The position numbers and the translations under genes were made by a program. This document shows positions 38,467 to 49,021 of a stretch of DNA of 64,000 nt, piece after piece. Every line of letters starts with the position of its first letter. The first letter of the stretch is position 1. The stretch is from Terrimicrobiaceae bacterium (lineage in GTDB: Bacteria; Verrucomicrobiota; Verrucomicrobiia; Chthoniobacterales; Terrimicrobiaceae): assembly GCA_041752695.1 (NCBI GenBank), contig JBGSVZ010000005.1, forward strand, positions 1-64,000, in the 5' to 3' direction. The notes beneath the pieces were generated by a model that did no database searches, had not been told where the DNA came from, and worked only from the letters and a program-made list of their open reading frames with translations.

Positions 38467-40101
38467 ATGAATAAGAAAACTGTTGCGGGTGCCGGACCGG
38501 TTCCCGAAGAGAATGCGTCATGGCTACCCATGGTTGTCATCGCCATGGGTCAAATGTTGATGTCGTTTAATGTGGCCGCCCTGCCGGTCTCCATGAGCGG
38601 CATGGTGAGCAGTTTTAACACTCCGCCCACCACCGTGGGCACGGCGATTGTGATGTATTCGCTGGGCGTTTCAGGTTTCGTGATGCTCGGCGGCAAGCTC
38701 GGGCAGCGTTTTGGCTCGAAGGTCTTTTTTCAGGTGGCGGTGGCTCTTTTCCTCGCCGCGATGGTGACGATGGTGCTGAGTCCGACGGCCGGGGTGATGT
38801 TGGCGGGTCAGGCTCTGGCGGGTTTCGCGGGTGCCTCGTTGGTGCCGTCGTTGGTGGCGCTGATTGCCAATCATTACAGGGGTGCCCAGCAGGCCAAGGC
38901 GGTGGGCTGGCTGGGTTCCGCGAGGGCCATTGCCGGGGTGCTGGCCTTTGTCATCGTCGGTTATGTGGCCATGATCAACTGGCGCCTCGCTTTCGGGCTC
39001 CTCATTGTCCATGCGTCGGTCCTGTTCCTTCTGAGCCTTAAGCTCAAGCCGTCCGTGCCCAATCCCGCGGTGAAAATCGACGTTTCCGGAGTGATTCTCT
39101 CGGCAGTCGCGGTGATCCTGATCAGCTTCGGGTTCAACAATTTGCGCAACTGGGGGCTCACGCTGGCCCGGCCTGCCGCCCCCTTCGATCTGTTTGGCGT
39201 GTCCCCAGCTCCACTCATGATCGGGTTGGGAGCCGTGATCTTTATGGCGTTTTTCTTGTGGAGCCACCGGCAGGCGCAGAAGGGAAAAACGCCCTTGCTG
39301 GCGCTCCAGGTGATTGACTCCCCCAAAGAATGGGCGGCTGTCTTTACCCTCTTTCTGATTGTTGCGACCGAGGCCGCGATCAATTTTACCGTGCCCCTGT
39401 ATATTCAAATCATTCAAGGGCGTTCCAGCGCGGCGACTTCGGTGGCAATGATGCCGTTTATGCTGACGGTGTTTTTCACTGCCATTCTGATTGTCCGCTT
39501 ATACGGCAAGTTCCCTCCACGCACCATCGCCCGCGCCGCTTTTGGGTTGGTTGCCGTCGGAGCGCTCTGGTTGGCCTTTGTCGTGACAAACGATTGGAGT
39601 GTCTTCCCGGTTATTATTGGACTTATCACGGTCGGGCTTGGCCAGGGTGCGCTGGTGACTTTGCTTTTTAACGTGTTGGTAACCTCCTCGCCCAAGGAAT
39701 TGGCGGGTGACGTGGGTGCCTTGCGCGGCGTGACGCAAAACCTGGCCGCGGCCGTAGGCACGGCCCTGATGGGCACTCTGGTGGTTGGTGTCCTGAGTGC
39801 AGGAGTGATGAGCCGGGTGGCCGACAACCCGCTGATCTCCGCGGAAATGAAAGCTGAGGTGGATCTGGATAGCATCAATTTCCTGAATAACGATCGCCTC
39901 AAAGAGCGTTTCGAGGCCGCCAATGCCTCGCCCGAACAGATCGCCGAGGCTGTCCTGATCAACTCCGAGACTCGCCTGCGGGCGCTCAAAATCGGCTTTT
40001 TTGTCCTGGCTTGCCTCGCCCTGTTCGCCATTGTCCCGTGCGGTTGGTTGCCGGACTACCGGCCCGGAGAATTGCCGTCGGGAGAACCGGCGAAGACCTG
40101 A
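38467..40101 (+). CDS. MFS transporter (14-TMS type)
   Basis: GGKLGQRFG motif-A variant; ~14 TMs. Confidence 0.88.
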   Translation: MNKKTVAGAGPVPEENASWLPMVVIAMGQMLMSFNVAALPVSMSGMVSSFNTPPTTVGTAIVMYSLGVSGFVMLGGKLGQRFGSKVFFQVAVALFLAAMVTMVLSPTAGVMLAGQALAGFAGASLVPSLVALIANHYRGAQQAKAVGWLGSARAIAGVLAFVIVGYVAMINWRLAFGLLIVHASVLFLLSLKLKPSVPNPAVKIDVSGVILSAVAVILISFGFNNLRNWGLTLARPAAPFDLFGVSPAPLMIGLGAVIFMAFFLWSHRQAQKGKTPLLALQVIDSPKEWAAVFTLFLIVATEAAINFTVPLYIQIIQGRSSAATSVAMMPFMLTVFFTAILIVRLYGKFPPRTIARAAFGLVAVGALWLAFVVTNDWSVFPVIIGLITVGLGQGALVTLLFNVLVTSSPKELAGDVGALRGVTQNLAAAVGTALMGTLVVGVLSAGVMSRVADNPLISAEMKAEVDLDSINFLNNDRLKERFEAANASPEQIAEAVLINSETRLRALKIGFFVLACLALFAIVPCGWLPDYRPGELPSGEPAKT

Positions 40102-40110
40102 TTGATTTTT

Positions 40111-41676
40111 ATGGAAATTGCGAATACAGCCCCGGAGAGGGACGGGATGATGAAGCGCCTGCTGGACGTCGTTGAGAAGGTGGGGAACAAGGTTCCGCAT
40201 CCGGCGATGATTTTTCTGTCGCTCATGGTCCTGGTCAACGTTCTCTCGCACGTGATGCATCTTTTGCATGCCTCGGTGACCCAGCAGGTGATTGACCCGG
40301 TGACGGATCAGATTCAAACCACCACGGTGGCGGCCCGTAGTCTTCTGACGACCGAGGGTATCCGTTTTATGTATGCCTCCGTGATTCCTAACTTTATGGG
40401 TTTCACCGCCGTGGGTCTGATCATTGTCGCGATGGTTGGGGTGGGGGTGGCGGAGGCGTCGGGCCTAATCAAAGCGCTGATTCGCAAGTTGGTCGCCGTG
40501 TCCCCAGGTTGGGCCATTGCGTATATTTTGGTTTTTGTGGGGATTGTCTCGAGCATTGCCGCGGATGCGGGATATCTCGTTTTGATTCCGCTGGCGGGAT
40601 CCGCTTTCCTTAGCGTGGGCCGTCACCCGCTGGCGGGACTTGCCGCGGGATTCGCCGCTGTCGCCGGGGCCTTCACGGTGAACATGCTCATCAAGCCCCT
40701 GGATGCGGTTCTCACCGAGTTTACCAACGACGCCATCCATCTGGTTAATCCCGCCCTGTCGATTGACCTGACAGCCAATCTTTGGTTTTCGCTCGCGTCG
40801 GTCGTTGTGCTGACCGTGGTCATCACCTTTGTCACGCAGCGGGTGATTGAGCCTCGACTGGGCAAATATGTTCCGGAGGACGCGGGCGACCTGTCGGGAA
40901 CCCCTGATTCCGCCGAGGCTGGGGTGATGGGGGATGAATCCCGGGGGCTGAAGTTTGCCGGGATCGGGTTGGTCGCCGTCCTTGTCCTGCTCGGGTTTCT
41001 GACCATCGGATCGGGAGCCCCTCTGCGCAACCCGGAGACGGGCGCTTTGATTGGCAACTCACCGTTTATGAATGGTCTGATCGCAGTGATCATGCTGGTC
41101 TTCCTGGTCACGGGTGCGGCTTACGGCTTTGGCGCCCGGACGATGAAAAACAGCACCGATATCATCAAGGCTATGGAGAAAGCCCTGGCCGGTCTCGGCA
41201 GCTTGATCCTCCTGCTGTTTATCCTCAGTCAGTTCATTGCGTATTTTAATTACAGCAACATCGGAACCATCCTGGCCGTGTCGATGGCTGACGTGCTCAA
41301 ATCTGCCAGTATCCCGCCGCTGCTGCTCCTGTTGGGTTTTATTCTGGTCGTGAGCCTGATCGATTTCCTCATCTCCGGCGCGATTGCGAAGTGGGCGCTT
41401 TTTGCTCCCATTTTTGTGCCGCTGCTGGTGCAATTGGGCGTGGCACCCGAGTCCGTGTTGGCGGCCTACCGGGTCGCGGATTCCCCGATCAATGTGATCA
41501 CGCCCCTCAACGCCTACTTTGCTCTGGTGGTCGTATTTGCGCAAAAATACGACACCAAGGCCGGGGTGGGAACTCTTGTGGCCCTGATGATTCCTTATGT
41601 CATCGCTCTCTATGTGGTCTGGACGCTCCTCTTTGTGGTGTGGTTCCTGTTGGGAATTCCGTGGGGACTGAACTAA
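40111..41676 (+). CDS. AbgT family transporter
   Basis: VEKVGNKVPHP, GRHPLAG, AKWALFAPIFVP, AYRVADS.N.ITP. Confidence 0.93.
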   Translation: MEIANTAPERDGMMKRLLDVVEKVGNKVPHPAMIFLSLMVLVNVLSHVMHLLHASVTQQVIDPVTDQIQTTTVAARSLLTTEGIRFMYASVIPNFMGFTAVGLIIVAMVGVGVAEASGLIKALIRKLVAVSPGWAIAYILVFVGIVSSIAADAGYLVLIPLAGSAFLSVGRHPLAGLAAGFAAVAGAFTVNMLIKPLDAVLTEFTNDAIHLVNPALSIDLTANLWFSLASVVVLTVVITFVTQRVIEPRLGKYVPEDAGDLSGTPDSAEAGVMGDESRGLKFAGIGLVAVLVLLGFLTIGSGAPLRNPETGALIGNSPFMNGLIAVIMLVFLVTGAAYGFGARTMKNSTDIIKAMEKALAGLGSLILLLFILSQFIAYFNYSNIGTILAVSMADVLKSASIPPLLLLLGFILVVSLIDFLISGAIAKWALFAPIFVPLLVQLGVAPESVLAAYRVADSPINVITPLNAYFALVVVFAQKYDTKAGVGTLVALMIPYVIALYVVWTLLFVVWFLLGIPWGLN

Positions 41677-41713
41677 GGGGTTTGGGTCGAAGTTGGGACC
41701 CGCCCATCGCCCC

Positions 41714-43033
41714 ATGAGTGACGAGCTTTCTCCGGCCGAGTCGCCGTCCGTGCCGCACAAAACGGTCGTAGTTCTTGAGTTTCTCTTTCGGTTGGGACAA
41801 GCCTACCTGGCCTGCGGCGAACAGACGGCGAGGGTCGAGGACCATTTGCGGAAAATTGCGTCCGCCTACGGAATGCGCCGGTCCCGGGTCGTGGCGTTCC
41901 CCACCGCTGTTTTTATCTCCCTCCATGACGGCAATGGCGAGCGTGTGACCCTGGCCGAAGGCAAACCGCAGACCCTTCGCCTGGACCAGATGGCCGACGT
42001 TTATGCCTTGGGGGAGGAGGCTCAGGCGGCCACGGTCGTCCCTCTGGAGGGCTTGAAGCGCCTTACCGTGATTCGCCGACAGAAGCCCCGGTTCGGGCCC
42101 GTGGGAATCGTTGGCGGGCACATGATTCTTACGATGGGCCTGGCACTCATTTTGATGCCAGATCCGGCCAACCTTGCCGCCGCTGCGGTGTTGGGGCTGA
42201 TGGTGGGATTGTTGAAGTTGCTCAACCGGGGGCGTTCCGTCTTGTCGGTGCCCCTACCCGTGATTGCGGCGACTCTGGTTTCGTTGCTGGTCTTTCTCGC
42301 GATTCGCCGCGGGTTTCCCGTAGATCCGCTGCACGCCCTGGTGCCGCCGCTGGTGACGTTTCTGCCGGGAGGCATGCTCACTCTTGGGATGCTGGAGCTG
42401 GCCTATGGCGATATGGTCAGCGGAGCCAGTCGTCTGATCGCTGGCTTTGTTCAACTCGTCCTGCTGGCTTTTGGCCTGGCGATCGGGGCGACGCTCACGG
42501 GGTATGTGACGGCTGACCTTGTTCATTCGGGTGGGAATTATACCACGGTGCTTTGGGCCCCCTGGGTAGGCGTCCTCATTTTTGGTCTGGGCGTCTATCT
42601 TCATTTTTCCGCCCCCCGAAAATCGCTGCACTGGATGTTGTTGGTTCTCCTGCTGGCCTTTGCGGCGCAGCGTGTGGCGTCCGAATTTTTCAGTACCGAG
42701 TTGAGTGGCTTTTTCGGCACCCTGGTGGCGACGCCACTGGGTTATCTGATTCAATATCGCTTTCGCGGGCCGCCGGCCGCTGTGACGTTTCTGCCCAGCT
42801 TCTGGCTACTTGTGCCCGGTGCGTTGGGTCTCTTAAGCGTGACCCGGATTCTGAGTGATCGCGCCGGCGGTATTGATGGTCTGGTGACGGTGATCTCCGT
42901 CATCACCTCCATCGCCCTGGGCACGCTCGTCGGGGCATCACTCTATCGGTGGGTGGACGAAAATGTGGCGGCGTCGCGGGCGCGGGTCCGGGGGGTCGTT
43001 TCGTTTTTTCACCGCCTCCGCAATAGTCGTTGA
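41714..43033 (+). CDS. ThrE-family threonine/serine exporter
   Basis: GEQTARVED, FPT, LPGG....EL..GDMVSG, LLVPG. Confidence 0.88.
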   Translation: MSDELSPAESPSVPHKTVVVLEFLFRLGQAYLACGEQTARVEDHLRKIASAYGMRRSRVVAFPTAVFISLHDGNGERVTLAEGKPQTLRLDQMADVYALGEEAQAATVVPLEGLKRLTVIRRQKPRFGPVGIVGGHMILTMGLALILMPDPANLAAAAVLGLMVGLLKLLNRGRSVLSVPLPVIAATLVSLLVFLAIRRGFPVDPLHALVPPLVTFLPGGMLTLGMLELAYGDMVSGASRLIAGFVQLVLLAFGLAIGATLTGYVTADLVHSGGNYTTVLWAPWVGVLIFGLGVYLHFSAPRKSLHWMLLVLLLAFAAQRVASEFFSTELSGFFGTLVATPLGYLIQYRFRGPPAAVTFLPSFWLLVPGALGLLSVTRILSDRAGGIDGLVTVISVITSIALGTLVGASLYRWVDENVAASRARVRGVVSFFHRLRNSR

Positions 43034-43077
43034 GCTCCCCTTCGTCCTGGTATGCCCAGAGAGGGTTTGACCTGAGC

Positions 43078-44457
43078 CTAAGTGGAAACTTCCGCCAATT
43101 CCGGCCAGAGTTGAGCGCCCATCCGCATTCCGGCCATATACGCATCGAGCGAAAAATTTTCGTCCGGGGAATGGGCGTTGTCGTCCGGCAGCGCCAGGCC
43201 GAGCATGAAGGAATCGGCTTTGAGGTGTTCCTTGAAAGCGGCAATGATGGGAATACTGCCGCCGCCCCGGACGAGCACACATTCGTGGCCAAATCCTGCC
43301 TTGGCGGCTCTCATGCAGGCTTGAGCGAGCGGCCCCGTGGGATCCACGATGTAGGGGCCTCCTCCCTGACCTTCGGTGATGGTCAGCTTGACGGTCGGTG
43401 GACAGATGGCCTTGAGGTGTTTTCTCACCAGTGCGAGAATTTTTTTCGGATCCTGATTCGGAACGAGGCGCATCGTCACCTTGGCGCTGGCCCAGGAGGG
43501 AACGATCGTCTTCCCGCCCTCGCCCTGATAGCCGCTGGTGAGTCCGTTGATTTCGAACGTGGGCCGCGCCGCGCGTTGTTCGTCCGGGGTGTAGCCCGCC
43601 TCCCCGAAGAGAGCGCCGACGCCGACGGACTTGCGAAATTTGGTTTCGTTGAACGGCACTTTTGCCATTTGCTTGCGCTCGTAAGCGGAGAGTTTCACCA
43701 CATCGTCGTAGAACCCGGGTATGGCGAACACCCCGCGTTTGTTCCGCAGGGAGCCCAGCATCTGGCAGAGAACCATCGCGGGGTTGTCCACCGCACCGCC
43801 GAAGAGTCCCGAGTGCAGGTCCCGGTCCGGGCCGTCGAGACGGATCTCCAAGGGAGCCATGCCGCGCAGGGAATAACAAAGCGCAGGGTGTTTCATGCTG
43901 GGAATCTCGGTGTCCGAGACAATCAAGGCCGTGCAGGCGAGTTCCTTCGCAACTTTGGGCAGAAAGCCATAGAGGGCCTTTGAGCCCACTTCTTCCTCGC
44001 CCTCGATGAGGAAGTTCACATTGCAGGGCAACTCGTTTCCCGTCTTGAGCCAGGCTTCGACGGCATTAATGTGCGCGAGGTGCTGGCCTTTGTTGTCGCT
44101 GATGCCGCGGGCGTAAACATTGCGACCGACCCGGCGGGGCTCGAAGGGGGGGGAGGTCCAAAGTTCCAGCGGGTCCGGTGGCTGCACATCGTAGTGGCCG
44201 TAAACTAGAAAAGTGGGTTTTTTTGGGTTTTGTTGCGGCGTTTTAGCAATGACCACGGGATAGCCGGACGTTTTGCGAATCTCGGCCGTGAGGCCCGCTT
44301 GGCGGCAGCGGGCGACGAGCCATTCCGCACATTTCTGCATGTCCCCGGCATGGTCCGATTGGGCACTGATGCTGGGAATGCGGGTGTAGGCGAAAAGTTC
44401 TTCAATGAAGCGCTCTTCGTGAGTGGCGAGGTATTCAAGAACCGCGGCAGGGGTCAT
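43078..44457 (-). CDS. M20-family dipeptidase
   Basis: YGHYDVQP, ARGISDNKGQ, EGEEE, DLHSG, HSPDE. Confidence 0.93.
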   Translation of the reverse strand: MTPAAVLEYLATHEERFIEELFAYTRIPSISAQSDHAGDMQKCAEWLVARCRQAGLTAEIRKTSGYPVVIAKTPQQNPKKPTFLVYGHYDVQPPDPLELWTSPPFEPRRVGRNVYARGISDNKGQHLAHINAVEAWLKTGNELPCNVNFLIEGEEEVGSKALYGFLPKVAKELACTALIVSDTEIPSMKHPALCYSLRGMAPLEIRLDGPDRDLHSGLFGGAVDNPAMVLCQMLGSLRNKRGVFAIPGFYDDVVKLSAYERKQMAKVPFNETKFRKSVGVGALFGEAGYTPDEQRAARPTFEINGLTSGYQGEGGKTIVPSWASAKVTMRLVPNQDPKKILALVRKHLKAICPPTVKLTITEGQGGGPYIVDPTGPLAQACMRAAKAGFGHECVLVRGGGSIPIIAAFKEHLKADSFMLGLALPDDNAHSPDENFSLDAYMAGMRMGAQLWPELAEVST

Positions 44458-44609
44458 GAAACACGTTTCATACGGTGGGTTGGAGACCCCGGCAACTGAA
44501 TTGTGTTGCCTCCCTGATCCGAGGCGTTGCCGGGCTTGTTTTTGTCTTTACATCGGGTCCATCCGTTCGCTTTTTGAGCGGGAGCGTTGGTGTCGAAAGT
44601 GACCATTTT

Positions 44610-45920
44610 ATGATAAACAAAATCTCCCGTGTCAGTAACCGCCCCCAGCTGGCCCGCCAGCTTTGCGTTCCAGTCAGTTTAGCTTTTCTGGTCCTGGTCG
44701 GAGGGTGCAAGCCACCGGCGGCCACGGATCTCAATGTGGTCCGACCCGTGAAGACCATGGTCGTGGTCGCGGGAGGAGATGCGAAGGTTCGCAGCTTCCC
44801 GGGCAAAGTGGAGGCGGCCAAGCAAGTGGAACTGACCTTTCAAGTGCCCGGTCTGCTGGTGAGCCTTCCGGTTCGTGAGGGACAGCGGGTCACACAAAAT
44901 GAAGTGATTGCCCAGTTGCGGCAGGAAGATTTTCAAGCGCGGTTGGCAACGTTGCAGGGCCAACTCGACCGGGCCCGGGCCGACCTCCAGGCGTCCCTTG
45001 CGGGCGTCCGACCTGAGGAAAGGCAGCGCCTCGAATCGCAGGTTCGCTCCGCCGAGGCCTCTCTCGTCAATGCCCGGGCGGAGTTTGGCCGGGCCACACA
45101 GTTGTTGCGTTCGCGGACCATTTCGCGCGTGGAGTTTGACCGCGCGGAAACGACGTATCGGGTGGCGCAGGAAAACGCGGAAGCGGCCCGCCAGACCCTC
45201 GACCAAAGCGCGATTGGGCGGGACGAAGAGATTCAAGCGAGGGCGGCTGAAGTGCGCGGCCTGGAAGGGCGCGTGGTGGAGGCCAATCTTCAATTGAGCG
45301 ACTCGACGCTGCGGGCGCCTTACGACGGAGTGATCGCTCAGCGCTTTGTCGAGCAGGGACAAAATATTCGCGCGAAACAGCCGGTGGTGAAGTTTCAAGA
45401 TGTGGACGAGATCGAGATCGTGGTGGACGTGCCGGAGTCCGTCATGGTGGCGGATCTGGGTTCCTCGGATATTCAAAAATTAACGGCGGAATTCAGTGCC
45501 GCACCCGGCCGAGTTTTCCCGGTCTATCTGAAGGAAATTGCGCAGCGGGCGGATCCGGTCACCCAGACCTTTGCTGTTCGGGTGGCGATGAAAGTTCCGG
45601 AGGGACTGAATCTTCTGCCGGGTATGACGGCCAGCGTGACACTTACTTATGGGCGGGCTGCGATCCTGGGCGCGGGGATTTCCGTGCCGCTTTCGGCGGT
45701 TTTGGAAGAAAGTCCGGGTCAGCAGGTGGTTTGGGTCATTGGAGAGGGTGACGTGGTGGGTCGCCGTCCTGTCAAATTGGGCGAGGCCTCGGGGAGCCGG
45801 ATTTCCATCGTGGATGGTTTGCAGCCCGGTGACCGCATCGCCATTGCGGGTGTGACCTTTCTCCGTGAGGGCATGAAGGTTCGTGATCTCGGGGACGCGC
45901 TCGGGGGCGGTCAGCCATGA
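44610..45920 (+). CDS. RND efflux periplasmic adaptor (MFP)
   Basis: Lipobox-like VGGC; long helical hairpin; LRAPYDG; PGMTA. Confidence 0.92.
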   Translation: MINKISRVSNRPQLARQLCVPVSLAFLVLVGGCKPPAATDLNVVRPVKTMVVVAGGDAKVRSFPGKVEAAKQVELTFQVPGLLVSLPVREGQRVTQNEVIAQLRQEDFQARLATLQGQLDRARADLQASLAGVRPEERQRLESQVRSAEASLVNARAEFGRATQLLRSRTISRVEFDRAETTYRVAQENAEAARQTLDQSAIGRDEEIQARAAEVRGLEGRVVEANLQLSDSTLRAPYDGVIAQRFVEQGQNIRAKQPVVKFQDVDEIEIVVDVPESVMVADLGSSDIQKLTAEFSAAPGRVFPVYLKEIAQRADPVTQTFAVRVAMKVPEGLNLLPGMTASVTLTYGRAAILGAGISVPLSAVLEESPGQQVVWVIGEGDVVGRRPVKLGEASGSRISIVDGLQPGDRIAIAGVTFLREGMKVRDLGDALGGGQP

Positions 45921-48900
45921 ACCCGGGCGAATTCTCAGTCAAGCACAACCGGGTGGTCCTGGTGGCCATGGTCATGGCCATGGTGGGCGGCATCATTGCG
46001 TATCTGAATATTGGCCGGCTGGAGGATCCGGAGTTTACGATCAAACAGGCCTTGGTGATTACGCCATATGCCGGAGCCAGTGCAGAGGAGGTGGCTCAGG
46101 AGGTGACGAATCCAATCGAGATCGCCTGCCAGCAATTGGGACAGCTCGACCGGGTTGAGTCGGAATCTTCCCGCGGCAGGTCGGTGGTGTCGGTGACGAT
46201 AAAAGATCAATACGACAAACACCGGATGCCTCAGGTCTGGGATGAACTTCGGCGCAAGGTTGCGGACGTGCAGGCGCAGTTGCCTCCCGCCGTGCGCGGC
46301 CAATCGATCGTGGTGGATGATTTCGGGGACGTATACGGGATTTTCCTCGCGGTCACGGGCGAGGGTTTCTCATTTGCGGAGCAGCGACGTTATGTGGAGT
46401 TTCTGCGGCGTGAACTTTTGCAAGTGCCCGGGGTCAAAAGTGTGGTGCTCTTCGGGGAGCAACGGGAGGTTGTTTTTCTAGAAATTTCCCGGCAGCGACT
46501 GGCGCAGTTCGGTCTGAATGAGGAGACGATTTACAGTCAGCTCCAGGAAAGAAACATTGCGGCGGACGGCGGACGTATTCAGGTGGGTGACCAGCATATT
46601 CCGCTGGATCCGACCGGGGCCTTTGCGTCCGCCGAAGAGATGCTGGAGTTGGTAATTGGCTCGGATCAGAGCGGACGCCAGTTGCGGCTTGGGGATATCG
46701 CGACGATTGAGCGGGGGGATCAGGATCCTCCGCGACGGCTGCTTCGCTACGATGGCAATCTGGCCATTGGACTCGGCATCTCCAGCGTGCCAGGGGGTAA
46801 TGTGGTCAAAATGGGGCAGGCGGTGAGGGAAAAGCTCGCTGAGCTGAAGAGCAATCAGCCGGTCGGCATGGAAATTGGGGAGATCAATTTCCAGCCCGAG
46901 GCGGTCTCATCTGCGGTCAACGAGTTCATGTTCAACTTGGGCAAGGCCGTCACCATTGTTTTTGTGGTGCTGATCTTTGCCATGGGTCGCAAGACCGGCT
47001 TCATCATTGGTGTGGTGCTCTTCCTCACCATCATGGCGACGTTTCTCGTCATGTACATGAAGGGGGACCTCCTGATGGAACGTATTTCGCTGGGCGCCCT
47101 GATCATTGCGCTCTGCATGCTGACGGATAACGCCATCATCGTGATTGAGGGAATCAAGGTGGGCATCGAATCCGGCCGGAACAAAATTGAAGTGGTCCGG
47201 GAGGTGGTGGCGGAAAACATGTGGCCGCTCTTCGGGGCCACGGCGATTGGCGTCATTGCCTTCGCCGCGATTGGCTTGTCGGAGGACGCCACCGGCGAAT
47301 ACACGAACTCGCTTTTTTGGGTGATCCTGATTGCGCTTAGTCTCAGCTGGGTGTCGTCTGTCACCGCCACTCACCTGTTGAGCTACATGATTTTCAATAC
47401 TGTGGCGGGCGGTGGGAAAGGCGGCGATCCCTACGCGGCCCTCCCTTTTCGAATTTACCGGAAGCTCTTGATTCTGGCGCTACGTTTCCGCTGGGCGGTC
47501 GTGATCGTTTGCGCGTTGGCTTTTGTGGCGGCGATTTTTGGCTTTCGCAAAGTGGACCAAAGTTTTTTTCCTCCGGCGACCCGGCCGCAGTTCATGGTCG
47601 ATGTCTTTTTGCCGGCCGGGACGCATATCCGGGAAACAGAAGCGGTGGCGGGCAAGATTCAGCAATTTATTCAAAGCCAGCCCGGGGTGACTCATACCAC
47701 CTCTTTCATCGGGGGTGGCGGTCTGCGGTTTTTGCTGGTCTATTCTCCCGAAAACGAAAACCGGGCCTATGTGCAGTTTTTGGTCGATGTGGATGACCCC
47801 AACAAGATCGCCGGGTTGATCGGAGTGATTCAGAAACAGCTCGACGACAACTATCCTAATGCCAATGCCATTGCGAAAAAGTTTCTCCTCGGCCCTGGCG
47901 ACGGCGGACGAATTCAGATCCGTTTCCGGGGTCCGGATTCGACCGTTCTGCGGGATCTGGGCGATCAGGCGATAAAGATTCTGGACGATGACGGCCAGGC
48001 CCTCTGCGTGCGCAGCGACTGGAGTGAACGGGTGCCGGCCATTCGTCCCGAATTGCTGGAGCTGCAGGCCCGCCGCAATGGCATTACGCGAGTCGATGTC
48101 GCCCGTGCGCTGGAGAGCAGCTTCGAAGGGCGCACCGTGGGCTTCTATCGGGAGCCAGGCTACGCCAGCGCGGGAATTTTCCCCCAGGAGACGCGCCTGC
48201 TTCCCATTGTGGTGCGGCCGCCGCTCGCCGAACGCGAGGACGTCGGCACGATCAACAGTCAGCAGATCTGGAGCCCGGTGGCTAATCGCATGATCCCTCT
48301 CAGCCAGGTCACGGGCCGTTCCGAGGTGGTCTGGGAGGATCCCTTGGTGGCGCGTCGGGATCGATTTCCGACTTTGACCGTTCATGCCGATCCGCGATCC
48401 GGTCTGCCGAGTCAGTTGCATGCTCGGGTGCGTGAGCAGATCGAAAAAATTGCTCTGCCGCCCGGCTACTCGATGGCGTGGGGTGGGGAATACGAGGATT
48501 CCTCCCAGGCGCGGGCCGCCCTGGTCGAGCCTCTGCCCTACGTCCTGGCCTTGATGGTTTTCATCGTGGTGTGTTTGTTTAACTCCATCCGCACCACGGT
48601 CTTGATTTGGCTGATCATTCCGCTTTTCATTATCGCTGTGACGGTCGGACTTCTGCTCACGCGCATGCCGTTCGGTTTCATGGCCACCCTGGGTGTTCTG
48701 GCCTTGGGCGGTGAATTGATCAAGAATCAGATTGTTGTTCTCAGCAAGGTGCTGACCCTGATCAGCAAGGGAACGCCGCCCTATCAGGCGCTGCTCGATG
48801 GGGGCACGGCGAAAATGCGCCCAGTGTGCATGGTCGTGCTGACGACGGTGCTGGGGATGATCCCCATGCTTACGGATCCCTTCTTCGGATCCATGGCGGT

Positions 48901-49021
48901 TTGCATTATGTTCGGTCTTTCCTTCGCCGCCGTTCTCTCCCTCATCGTCACGCCCGTCCTCTACGCGATGTTTTATGGAATTCAGGAACCGGCCGACGGG
49001 TTGCCGGAACCCACCAAATGA
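45917..49021 (+). CDS. RND efflux permease (AcrB/AcrD/AcrF family)
   Basis: GRLEDPEF, YAGASAEEV, LTDNAI, LIKNQI, MRPVCM; 1034 aa. Confidence 0.95.
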   Translation: MNPGEFSVKHNRVVLVAMVMAMVGGIIAYLNIGRLEDPEFTIKQALVITPYAGASAEEVAQEVTNPIEIACQQLGQLDRVESESSRGRSVVSVTIKDQYDKHRMPQVWDELRRKVADVQAQLPPAVRGQSIVVDDFGDVYGIFLAVTGEGFSFAEQRRYVEFLRRELLQVPGVKSVVLFGEQREVVFLEISRQRLAQFGLNEETIYSQLQERNIAADGGRIQVGDQHIPLDPTGAFASAEEMLELVIGSDQSGRQLRLGDIATIERGDQDPPRRLLRYDGNLAIGLGISSVPGGNVVKMGQAVREKLAELKSNQPVGMEIGEINFQPEAVSSAVNEFMFNLGKAVTIVFVVLIFAMGRKTGFIIGVVLFLTIMATFLVMYMKGDLLMERISLGALIIALCMLTDNAIIVIEGIKVGIESGRNKIEVVREVVAENMWPLFGATAIGVIAFAAIGLSEDATGEYTNSLFWVILIALSLSWVSSVTATHLLSYMIFNTVAGGGKGGDPYAALPFRIYRKLLILALRFRWAVVIVCALAFVAAIFGFRKVDQSFFPPATRPQFMVDVFLPAGTHIRETEAVAGKIQQFIQSQPGVTHTTSFIGGGGLRFLLVYSPENENRAYVQFLVDVDDPNKIAGLIGVIQKQLDDNYPNANAIAKKFLLGPGDGGRIQIRFRGPDSTVLRDLGDQAIKILDDDGQALCVRSDWSERVPAIRPELLELQARRNGITRVDVARALESSFEGRTVGFYREPGYASAGIFPQETRLLPIVVRPPLAEREDVGTINSQQIWSPVANRMIPLSQVTGRSEVVWEDPLVARRDRFPTLTVHADPRSGLPSQLHARVREQIEKIALPPGYSMAWGGEYEDSSQARAALVEPLPYVLALMVFIVVCLFNSIRTTVLIWLIIPLFIIAVTVGLLLTRMPFGFMATLGVLALGGELIKNQIVVLSKVLTLISKGTPPYQALLDGGTAKMRPVCMVVLTTVLGMIPMLTDPFFGSMAVCIMFGLSFAAVLSLIVTPVLYAMFYGIQEPADGLPEPTK